DNA of 64,000 nt from an uncultured Candidatus Saccharibacteria bacterium (lineage in GTDB: Bacteria; Patescibacteriota; Saccharimonadia; Saccharimonadales; JACDBH01): the NCBI GenBank assembly GCA_964490245.1, contig CAZBAF010000005.1, positions 3,216 through 67,215 on the forward strand, read 5' to 3'. Positions within the stretch are counted from its first letter, which is position 1. Each line of letters starts with the position of its first letter. The translations under genes were made by a program, and so were the position numbers. The notes under the pieces are model-generated. The model worked only from the letters and a program-made list of their open reading frames with translations. It made no database searches and was not told the DNA's origin. Below are positions 56,564-64,000 of this stretch, one piece after another.

Positions 56564-57622
56564 ATGCTTATAGCAGTAATTGTGCTTGGGGTGATTTGTC
56601 TGGTGCTGGGTGCGCTGGTGTTTAAGAATGCCCAAAAGCCGCCGGCCGACAAAGAAAGCACACTGATGCTCAAACAGGATTTGGTGACTATTAACGAGCA
56701 AATGCTGGCTCTGCGCGAAGGGCTGCAGGGGCACTTGACGCAGCGCCTGGATAAAAACCAGGAGAGCATGAGCAAACAGCTGGCGGCCAGTGCGCAGCTG
56801 ATTAAAGATGTCACCGAACGGCTGACCAAGCTGGATGACACCAATAAACGGGTGGTTGACGTGGCGGACGAGCTCAAGCAGCTGCAGAATGTCTTGCAAA
56901 ACCCTAAACAGCGCGGGGTGCTGGGCGAATTCTATCTGGAGCAGATTCTTCAAAATCTGCTGCCGCCGGGCAGTTATATCTTACAGCATCGTCTGGCCGA
57001 GGGGCTGGTGGTGGATGCTGCAATCAAGCTTGACGGCAAGGTGCTGCCGATTGACAGCAAATTCTCGCTCGAAAATTACAATCGTCTGATGGAGACAAAG
57101 GGTGAGGCGCGTGTGGTGCTGGAGCGCCAGTTTAAGGAAGATCTCAAAAAACGCATAGACGAGACAGCCAAATATATCCAACCCAAAAAAGGCACACTTG
57201 AGCAGGCGCTGATGTTTATTCCGTCTGAGGCGATTTACTATGATCTGCTGGCAAACAAAGTTGGCGCCGGCGGGGTAAACGGGCGCGACCTAATGCAATA
57301 TGCGGCTGTTGACAAGCATGTCACGATAGTTGGCCCCAGTACACTCAGCGCCATGCTGCAGGTGATTGTACAGGGTCTGCGCAGCCTTGAGATTCAAAAA
57401 GACACCGAGGTAATCCGCAAAAACGTTGAACAGCTGACGCGGCATCTGGTTAGTTATGATGGCTATTTTAAAAAGCTTGGTGTCAGCCTGGGTGCTACGG
57501 TGGGTCACTATAATAATGCCAGCAAAGAGCTGGGCCGCATCGATAAAGATATTGTCAAAATCGCGGGCAGCGAGTCCGTTCTGGAGCCGCTTTTGCTTGA
57601 CCGGCCGCAGTCCGAGGATTAG
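56564..57622 (+). CDS. rmuC: DNA recombination protein RmuC
   Basis: N-terminal TM helix plus coiled coil, and a C-terminal RmuC nuclease-like region (...GVLGEFYLEQIL...MFIPSEAIY). Confidence 0.85.
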   Translation: MLIAVIVLGVICLVLGALVFKNAQKPPADKESTLMLKQDLVTINEQMLALREGLQGHLTQRLDKNQESMSKQLAASAQLIKDVTERLTKLDDTNKRVVDVADELKQLQNVLQNPKQRGVLGEFYLEQILQNLLPPGSYILQHRLAEGLVVDAAIKLDGKVLPIDSKFSLENYNRLMETKGEARVVLERQFKEDLKKRIDETAKYIQPKKGTLEQALMFIPSEAIYYDLLANKVGAGGVNGRDLMQYAAVDKHVTIVGPSTLSAMLQVIVQGLRSLEIQKDTEVIRKNVEQLTRHLVSYDGYFKKLGVSLGATVGHYNNASKELGRIDKDIVKIAGSESVLEPLLLDRPQSED

Positions 57623-57634
57623 TCTAGTCATTTA

Positions 57635-57868
57635 ATGGCAGAGATTTTTCCCGGCGAGAATCAGGAGGATATTTGGGTTGGTGCAGATATCTTCTGTAAA
57701 TACGGCAGTTATGTATTTGACAGGTTCATAGAATTTTGTGAACTTGGCCTGGATGAGCACCAAGCTGCTGTCGAAATCTATAGTACCGACGGTAAAAAGC
57801 CGTCCGAAAGGGAGCAGCACTTCGCTCATATTATTAAGGATTTAGAAAAAAGCCAGGGAAGAATATGA
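57635..57868 (+). CDS. hypothetical protein (77 aa)
   Basis: Preferred over the antisense 65-aa ORF on composition and operon direction. Confidence 0.4.
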   Translation: MAEIFPGENQEDIWVGADIFCKYGSYVFDRFIEFCELGLDEHQAAVEIYSTDGKKPSEREQHFAHIIKDLEKSQGRI

Positions 57869-57876
57869 ACCGGAAC

Positions 57877-59226
57877 CTAAGGACGCGATCTCTTTAGTAG
57901 GTCAATTGTCAGCGCCGCGGTCCAGGCAAAGTTGGCCGCACCCAGGCCCCTTCCGTCTATCGGATCAAAGTATTCGTAGGGGCCGGAATTGTGTACGACG
58001 TCTATGGTGCGCTCGCGCAGTTCGCGCGCCACATCCATAAAGCCGTAGCGTTCCAGGCCGTCAATAATCAGCCAGTTGGTGTTGACCCAGGATGGTCCCT
58101 GCCAATAGCGGTCTGAATCAAAGAACTTACTGTTCAGCGGCACGCTTGGCACCGGGTGATGCAGCCAGAAAGTCCGGTGATCCTTCAGAAGCTCAACCAG
58201 CTCGGCTGCACGTGCTTTGCTGATGCTGCCCGCGTACAGCGGCATAAAGGTGCCGATGGTGGGTTCGGCAATCAGCTTGTGGGTAATAAAATCGCGTGAG
58301 AAATACTGGCCGCTGGACGGGTCATAGAGCTTCTCCAGCGCTTCTTCGGAATATTTCATCTTATCCACCAGATCTTTTGGTAATTTGCGGCGCAGCGTCG
58401 TGGCAATTGCCTGAAGCTGCGTGTTATTGCGCACCAGGATGCTGTTAAACGTTATGTCCTGGGTACAGAACAGTGAGCGGTGCAGGATTTTGTCGATGTC
58501 GTAGCGCTTGCGGCGCAGTCGGCGCACCACGTCCCACAGCAACAGTGCTTCGAGGCTGCTGATACGCTGACCGGGGTTGACGCGGCGGGTGTCGCGGCGC
58601 AGCCAGTTGACGACTTTTTGCAGCCGTAATTTTTCGATCAGCGCAATCCACCAGGGCCGGCTGTGCTCATACAGCTGGTGAACCCAGGGCGGTGTATTGT
58701 CGAGGCCGACTTCGTATGGGTGGATGAGCAGGGCCAGACCTTCGTTGTGCGGGTCGCGTTCGGCGTAAATCCACTTGTGGTATGCCACCAGCGGTTCGTA
58801 CATGGACCGGTAGAGGGCGAGCTGTTCATCTTTTTGCAGCTTTTCGCCCACTTTGACCACAGCATCTGCAACCATCGGCGGCTGGGTAATACCGCTGGTA
58901 GCAACCGAGTCAGGCGCAAACGGACTAAGCCAGCTGCGCCATGCTTCGCGCTCAAACCGGTATGCCCGGCCCGCACTGAAAATCATGTTGGGCATCATGC
59001 CGTTGGCCCATTGGCCGCGCAGCAGGCTGGTCAACTCTTTAACAGCCCGCTTGCTATCGAGATGGCGCAGGCCGATAGCTATGAATGCACTGTCCCATAG
59101 CCATTGGTGCGGGTAGAGCAGCGCCGGCGAGGTGTGGGTGCCGCGGTCATTCTCTTTCAAAACTGCGGCCATATGCTCAATCATATCGGCGCGATCAAGC
59201 GTCTTTTCGGTCAATTGTTCTGTCAT
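57877..59226 (-). CDS. GH63/MGH1-like (alpha/alpha)6 glycoside hydrolase
   Basis: LYPHQWLWDSAFIAIG motif. The start is moved to the ATG at 59226 to clear yajQ. Confidence 0.75.
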   Translation of the reverse strand: MTEQLTEKTLDRADMIEHMAAVLKENDRGTHTSPALLYPHQWLWDSAFIAIGLRHLDSKRAVKELTSLLRGQWANGMMPNMIFSAGRAYRFEREAWRSWLSPFAPDSVATSGITQPPMVADAVVKVGEKLQKDEQLALYRSMYEPLVAYHKWIYAERDPHNEGLALLIHPYEVGLDNTPPWVHQLYEHSRPWWIALIEKLRLQKVVNWLRRDTRRVNPGQRISSLEALLLWDVVRRLRRKRYDIDKILHRSLFCTQDITFNSILVRNNTQLQAIATTLRRKLPKDLVDKMKYSEEALEKLYDPSSGQYFSRDFITHKLIAEPTIGTFMPLYAGSISKARAAELVELLKDHRTFWLHHPVPSVPLNSKFFDSDRYWQGPSWVNTNWLIIDGLERYGFMDVARELRERTIDVVHNSGPYEYFDPIDGRGLGAANFAWTAALTIDLLKRSRP

Positions 59227-59338
59227 TATCTTAAGTATAGCGTATATGCTTGCGATGTCATCCGACGGAGGATATTCTTTAGGAAAGACGAGGAGGTTGG
59301 CGTGACGACACGGACAGGCTGCTATCGGACTTGGCTGG

Positions 59339-59836
59339 CTAACGGTAATTGATGAACTGCAGCGGGAAGTCAAAGTCCTGCTCACGCAGGAGCTGAATGA
59401 CAGCCTGCAGTTCGTCCTTGCTGCCGCTTGAAACGCGGACTTCCTGGCCCTGAATCTGGGTTTTGACTTTAGGTATTTTGTCCCGAATAAGCGAGGTAAT
59501 CTTTTTGGCCTTTTCCTGATCGAGCCCTTTTTTGAACGGCACTTCTTTGGTGGTCTTTAGATTAGAGGCAATCGGCTCCTTAGTGGTATCCAGGATTTTC
59601 TGGCTTTGGTTACGGGCAGCCAGTTTTTTACGCACGATATCTAAAATAGCGTCAATCTGCCAGTCGGAATTACCGGTAATTTTAAGCCCGGTTTTGTCAT
59701 CATCAAGCCACTCAACCGCCGCGGGCGTGCCTTTAAAGTCGTAGCGGTTCTGCAGCTCGCGCTGCGTCTGATCAAAGACATTATTAAGCTCTGCTTTGTC
59801 GTAGTCCGAGACAATGTCAAAAGAAAAATTTGCCAT
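59339..59836 (-). CDS. yajQ: YajQ family nucleotide-binding protein (UPF0234)
   Basis: FDIVS..D..E..NA..Q...E...R.DFKG. Confidence 0.88.
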   Translation of the reverse strand: MANFSFDIVSDYDKAELNNVFDQTQRELQNRYDFKGTPAAVEWLDDDKTGLKITGNSDWQIDAILDIVRKKLAARNQSQKILDTTKEPIASNLKTTKEVPFKKGLDQEKAKKITSLIRDKIPKVKTQIQGQEVRVSSGSKDELQAVIQLLREQDFDFPLQFINYR

Positions 59837-59841
59837 AAGTA

Positions 59842-60291
59842 TTATATGTTTAGCGGTATACCAAGGTTTTTAGAAGCTTTTTGAGCCCAGCTTATGATTT
59901 CTGTCACAATCCGTTTGGCTTCCTCTTTTTCTTCGGGTGTGATGCTGGCGCCTCTTTTTTCGAGCTCATCCAATCTGTCAAGTATGTTTGATATGTCACT
60001 GACTTGCGCACGCTGTTCGTTGGATATGCGCCTAACGCCTTCTTTTAGTTCGGTTAAATCCTGACCATGCGAGCTTAGGGTAGAATTCATAACCCTTAAT
60101 TCTCCTTCAATATTGTCAAACCGCTCATCTATTTTCTCAAATCGCTGATCTATACTCGTAAATCGCTGATCTATCCCCGTAAATCGCTGATCTATCCGCG
60201 TAAATTGTTCGCTTGAAATTTGCATACTCTCTTGCAGAAGCTCCAGAATATCTTCGTTGGTGACCGGCTTATTCATATCTGTATTATACAT
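59842..60291 (-). CDS. coiled-coil protein with heptad tandem repeats (IDQRFTx)
   Basis: RIDQRFTGIDQRFTSIDQRFEKIDERF is encoded by 21-bp tandem repeats. The start is uncertain (ATG at 60291 or 60276). Confidence 0.55.
   Translation of the reverse strand: MYNTDMNKPVTNEDILELLQESMQISSEQFTRIDQRFTGIDQRFTSIDQRFEKIDERFDNIEGELRVMNSTLSSHGQDLTELKEGVRRISNEQRAQVSDISNILDRLDELEKRGASITPEEKEEAKRIVTEIISWAQKASKNLGIPLNI
60117..60205. repeat. about four tandem copies of a 21-bp unit (coding)
   Basis: aaatcgctgatctatNcNcgt occurs three times exactly in phase, with one degenerate copy. Confidence 0.85.
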
Positions 60292-60317
60292 GGTTTGCTT
60301 GATATAATGCGTGCAAG

Positions 60318-61346
60318 ATGAGTTACCAGAACCAAGACATAGCCCGCGTGGCGGGGGAGCTGAAAGGCAAACTTGACACGCTTGATGACAAGCGGGCAAT
60401 TATGCGCGACCCGGCACTGAAAGGTCTGTTCGAGCAAATCAAGACCCTGCCGCCAGAGCAGCGCGGCGCTTTCGGTAAAGAAGTAAACCAGCTTCGCCAG
60501 GAGCTGCAGCAGCTGGTGGCGAGCTCGCAGGCTGCATTAGAGATATTGCCGCCGATTGACATAACCGCGCCGTTTGACGCCAACGTACCTGCCGATAAGC
60601 GGCCGGCGTTCTTTCCGGTTGACCAGGCCAGCCTGCATCCGTTAACACAAGAGATTGCCCGGATAACGGACATTTTCTGCCGCATGGGTTTTACGGTCGA
60701 AGAGTCGCGCGAAATCGACGACGATTTCCACATGTTCGAAAGCCTCAACTTCCCAGAGGGGCATCCCGCCCGGGACGATTGGGATACTTTCATGACTGAC
60801 GAGGGGCTTATTGCACCCGCGCACACCAGCACCATGCAGAACCGCGTGCTGCAAAAATACAAGCCAAACTTAGAGAATGGCGAACCGATAGCTGTAGTGG
60901 TGCCGGACCGCGTGTTCCGTAACGAAGATCTGGACGCCACGCATGAGCACACGTTCTACCAGGTGGAAGGCGTTTTTGTGGGCAGGGGTGTGAATGTGGG
61001 GAACCTGATTGCGACATTGCGGGCGTACATGAGCGAGTTCTTTGGCCAGGAGCTTAATGTCAAAATCCAGCCGTTTTACTTCCCCTTTACCGAACCAAGT
61101 TTTGAATTTGCCGTAGAGCGGCCCGATGCACTTAAAAAGGACGATTCAGAAGAGCAGAAGTGGTTAGAGATCGGCGGCTGCGGCATGATTCATCCCAACG
61201 TATTAAAGATGGCTGACATTGACCCGACAGTGTACACCGGCTTTGCCTGGGGTTTTGGGGTCGAGCGTATGGTGATGCTGCGTAATGGCATCGAGGATAT
61301 CCGCCATTTCGAGAGCGCCAATCTAAAGTTTTTGAGGCAGTTTTAA
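60318..61346 (+). CDS. pheS: phenylalanine--tRNA ligase alpha subunit
   Basis: Class II aaRS motifs (...FRNEDLDATHEHTFYQVEG..., GFAWGFGVERM). TGaTATAAT at 60300-60308 lies only ~10 nt before the ATG. Confidence 0.94.
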   Translation: MSYQNQDIARVAGELKGKLDTLDDKRAIMRDPALKGLFEQIKTLPPEQRGAFGKEVNQLRQELQQLVASSQAALEILPPIDITAPFDANVPADKRPAFFPVDQASLHPLTQEIARITDIFCRMGFTVEESREIDDDFHMFESLNFPEGHPARDDWDTFMTDEGLIAPAHTSTMQNRVLQKYKPNLENGEPIAVVVPDRVFRNEDLDATHEHTFYQVEGVFVGRGVNVGNLIATLRAYMSEFFGQELNVKIQPFYFPFTEPSFEFAVERPDALKKDDSEEQKWLEIGGCGMIHPNVLKMADIDPTVYTGFAWGFGVERMVMLRNGIEDIRHFESANLKFLRQF

Positions 61347-61347
61347 T

Positions 61348-61761
61348 ATGAAACCGAAATACAACCGGCTGGAAGACAGCAAAATCTGGAAAAACGTTTT
61401 TGAAATAAGCAAGCAGGTACAGGGCGAGTACGAGGCTCTGCATGCCGACGATAAATTTCCGTATGAGTATGACCTTAAGCACGATGCGATTTCTTGCGTT
61501 AAATATGCCGCCGAAGCAGCCGGTTCGCTTGATCCGCGTGATTGCACCTGGCAGCTGGGCTTGCTGCGTTCTCGCTTGTTTGCAGTCAAAAGCACGCTCA
61601 AGATGGTTTACGGCTCCAAGCTACTGGATGTGAATGTCGAGCTCATGGTACTGATAGACAAGACGATCAAGTTAATAGACGCCGAAGCCAGCGGTCTGCC
61701 TGCCGAGATAAAGCACTGGCAAAAATCCTTCGAAACCCCAAAAAGGAACGAAACCGTATGA
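61348..61761 (+). CDS. hypothetical helical protein inserted between pheS and pheT (possibly a distant four-helix-bundle/IVS-type protein)
   Basis: Tightly coupled (TAAtATG upstream, ATGA downstream). The helical pattern K.W...F.....V is loosely like 2480-2854. Confidence 0.5.
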   Translation: MKPKYNRLEDSKIWKNVFEISKQVQGEYEALHADDKFPYEYDLKHDAISCVKYAAEAAGSLDPRDCTWQLGLLRSRLFAVKSTLKMVYGSKLLDVNVELMVLIDKTIKLIDAEASGLPAEIKHWQKSFETPKRNETV

Positions 61762-64000
61762 AAGTCAGTCTGAATTTAGCGCAAGAATACAGTAATGTTG
61801 ATCTGAAATCTATTCCTCGTGAAGAGTTGCTCAGGCGTATTGGCGCACAGCTGGGTGCAGTTGAGGATATCACTGATTGGGCGCCGAAGTTTGAGGGTGC
61901 GGTTATCGTAAGGGTCGCAAGCTGCGAAAAGCATCCAAATGCGGACAAGCTCAGTGTCTGCCGGGTTGATGACGGCGGCAAGAACCAGCATGTCGAGCGC
62001 GGCGAGGACGGACTTATTCAGGTTGTGTGCGGTGCGCCAAATGTGCGTGCGGATATGTTTGCTGTCTGGCTGGCACCGGGTGTAACAGTACCGAGCAGCC
62101 GCGACAAGGATCCGTTCGTACTGGAGGCGCGCGAGATCCGCGGTGTTGTGTCGGGCGGCATGCTGGCCAGCGCCAGCGAACTTGGAATCAGTGATGATCA
62201 CTCAGGCATTGTTGACGTTACAACAGAAGCAGCTGGTAAAGAACCCATTGCTGGCGCACCTTTGACCGATTATTTTGGCCTGGATGATTTCGTAATCGAT
62301 TGCGAAAACAAGATGTTCACGCACCGGCCGGACTGCTTTGGGGTATTGGGCGTGGCACGCGAGCTGGCCGGTATCAGCGGACTTACTTTCAAAAGTCCGG
62401 ATTGGTATCTGAATCCGCCGCAGTTTGAAGATAAGCAGGAACTTCCTATCGGGGTAAAGAACGAGGCGCCGGATCTGGTGCCGCGCTTTATGGCCGTTGC
62501 CATGAGCGGTATCACCGTCAGGCCCAGCCCGCTGTGGCTACAGGCGCTTCTGACCAGAGTTGGTATCAAACCAGTCAACAATGTTGTTGATGCGACAAAT
62601 TATGTCATGCACTTGACCGGTCAGCCGCTGCATGCCTTTGACTATGACAAGATAAAGGCCCGCGCCGAAGCGCCGGGCATCTTCCCGCGTCTCAGTAAAA
62701 AGGGCGAGAAACTCATTCTGCTCGGTCAAAAAGAAGTTGAACTGACAGGCGAGGAAATTGTTATCAGCACCGATAGGCAAGCAGTAGCAATGGCGGGTGT
62801 GATGGGCGGACACGAGACAGAAGTGGATGAGACAACAAAAAGCATCATCATCGAATGTGCAACATTCGACATGTACAGCGTCCGTCGCACCAGCATGCGC
62901 CACGGGTTGTTTACCGACGCCGTGACACGCTATACCAAGGGCCAAAGTCCGCTGCAGAACCCCTCAGTGCTGGCTTTTGCCATGAAGATGATGTCCGAGT
63001 TAACAGGCGCTGTGCAAGCCAGCAGCGTCGCTGATGTGCAGTCAAGGAACGACCGAAAGCACATAGTCGAAACCAGTACGGACTTTATTAATTCGCGACT
63101 TGGCTCGCAGCTTGGAACGGAAGAGATCAAAAAGTTGCTGGAATCTACAGAAGTCAGCGTGGAAGCGCAGGACGATACATTGCGCGTCATGCCACCGTTT
63201 TGGCGCATGGATTTGGAAATTCCGGAAGATATTGTTGAAGAAGTCGGCCGGCTGTACGGTTACGATAAATTGCCGGTTGTTTTGCCGGCGCGCAGCTCAA
63301 AGCCGACGCCAATAAATGCCTTAGTTGACTTCAAGCAGCAGCTGAGGTGCAAATTGAAAGAGGCTGGCGTTAACGAAGTGCTGACATACAGCTTTGTACA
63401 CGGCGACCTGATGCGTAAGACCGGCACTGATCCGGACCAGTGGGCATATCACATTCGTAATGCGATCAGTCCCGACCTGCAGTACTACCGGACTTCACTG
63501 ATGCCTAGTCTGCTGGCTAAAGTGCATCCGAACATTAAGGCGCAGGCTGGCGATACGGATAACCAGTTTGCTTTGTTCGAGATCGGCAAGGCACATGTGA
63601 AAGATCAGAAAGAAAACGGTTTACCCTCACAAATGGAGCGGCTTGCCCTGCTTGTCGCTGCCGATGATAAGACGGCGAAAGCCCGCCAGGCGGGTGCGGC
63701 ATACTATCTGGCAAAGAAATACCTGGACCGTGTCACGGACAATCAGGCGGTATATGAGCCGCTTGACGATACCAGGTTTCCGATAACCGCCCCGTACCAG
63801 CCGGGCCGTAGCGCCATGATCGTGGTTGGCGGCGAGGTCCTGGGCGCAATCGGCGAATTTACATCAATAGTCCGCAGTAATTTGAAGTTGCCGGAGTTTG
63901 CGGCCGGCTTTGAGCTGGATATTGCGGCTCTGCAGAAGTACCTGCAGCCGCGCCGTTACCGATCTTTGCCGCAATACCCTTCTGTCCAGCAGGACTTAAC
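61758..64000 (+). CDS. pheT: phenylalanine--tRNA ligase beta subunit (3'-truncated by the window end)
   Basis: My own translation starts MKVSLNLAQEYSNVDLKSIPREELLRRIGAQLGAVEDI...CEKHPNADKLSVCRVDDGG (tRNA-binding domain). The frame stays open to position 64000, so it is absent from the ORF track. Confidence 0.9.
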   Translation, partial: MKVSLNLAQEYSNVDLKSIPREELLRRIGAQLGAVEDITDWAPKFEGAVIVRVASCEKHPNADKLSVCRVDDGGKNQHVERGEDGLIQVVCGAPNVRADMFAVWLAPGVTVPSSRDKDPFVLEAREIRGVVSGGMLASASELGISDDHSGIVDVTTEAAGKEPIAGAPLTDYFGLDDFVIDCENKMFTHRPDCFGVLGVARELAGISGLTFKSPDWYLNPPQFEDKQELPIGVKNEAPDLVPRFMAVAMSGITVRPSPLWLQALLTRVGIKPVNNVVDATNYVMHLTGQPLHAFDYDKIKARAEAPGIFPRLSKKGEKLILLGQKEVELTGEEIVISTDRQAVAMAGVMGGHETEVDETTKSIIIECATFDMYSVRRTSMRHGLFTDAVTRYTKGQSPLQNPSVLAFAMKMMSELTGAVQASSVADVQSRNDRKHIVETSTDFINSRLGSQLGTEEIKKLLESTEVSVEAQDDTLRVMPPFWRMDLEIPEDIVEEVGRLYGYDKLPVVLPARSSKPTPINALVDFKQQLRCKLKEAGVNEVLTYSFVHGDLMRKTGTDPDQWAYHIRNAISPDLQYYRTSLMPSLLAKVHPNIKAQAGDTDNQFALFEIGKAHVKDQKENGLPSQMERLALLVAADDKTAKARQAGAAYYLAKKYLDRVTDNQAVYEPLDDTRFPITAPYQPGRSAMIVVGGEVLGAIGEFTSIVRSNLKLPEFAAGFELDIAALQKYLQPRRYRSLPQYPSVQQDL

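Noticed and set aside
60117-60205. The tandem 21-bp repeats as a possible CRISPR or other non-coding array.
   Set aside because: The repeats are contiguous without spacers, in phase with an ORF and encode a heptad motif. No cas genes are present.

Overview
The window looks like a 64-kb chromosomal segment of a small-genome, Gram-positive-type bacterium. A Patescibacteria/CPR, Saccharibacteria-like origin is my inference only, from gene content: a pilin-like protein, a short MetK, four-helix-bundle IVS-type genes and an rpsP-KH-trmD cluster without rimM or rplS. Most of it is dense housekeeping sequence: lemA-htpX, ligA, murF, a class IV aminotransferase and ddl, leuS, rpmF-nusB-NUDIX-rnc, rpsP-KH-trmD, a SAM riboswitch with metK, an ABC exporter, pcm, typA, hsp20, Zur plus a ZIP transporter, rmuC, yajQ, pheS/pheT, two histidine kinases, a response regulator and a Crp regulator. 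There are four intact tRNA genes: Phe-GAA, Val-TAC, Ala-GGC and Gln-CTG.

The most unusual signal is non-coding. Three of the four tRNA genes (Phe, Val, Gln) sit inside nested partial copies of themselves. These copies are interleaved with a recurring family of roughly 90-125-nt hairpin-rich modules whose stems differ by compensating base changes. The Val and Gln loci share one architecture: a tRNA 5' part ending exactly at the 5' strand of the T-stem, then a ~121-nt module, a ~25-nt spacer, and a complete tRNA of the same identity. This fits an undescribed class of insertion that splits a tRNA and carries its replacement. At tRNA-Gln the insertion appears to carry about 2.8 kb of visibly AT-richer single-gene cassettes (a 2H phosphoesterase, a 513-aa P-loop NTPase and a C39-like cysteine peptidase), bounded by repeats of the tRNA 3' end plus a hairpin.

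Other points worth a second look:
- Diverged remnants of the trmD 3' end and the typA 5' end, which look like recombination scars.
- A promoter-plus-leader motif conserved in three copies, one of which drives an orphan ~65-nt sRNA candidate.
- A three-gene locus for secreted repeat proteins that may build a surface fibre.
- An IVS-type four-helix-bundle gene flanked by ~18-bp inverted repeats.

No CRISPR array, rRNA, transposase or integrase is recognisable. All functional calls come from motif recognition by eye on the supplied translations. No database search was run.
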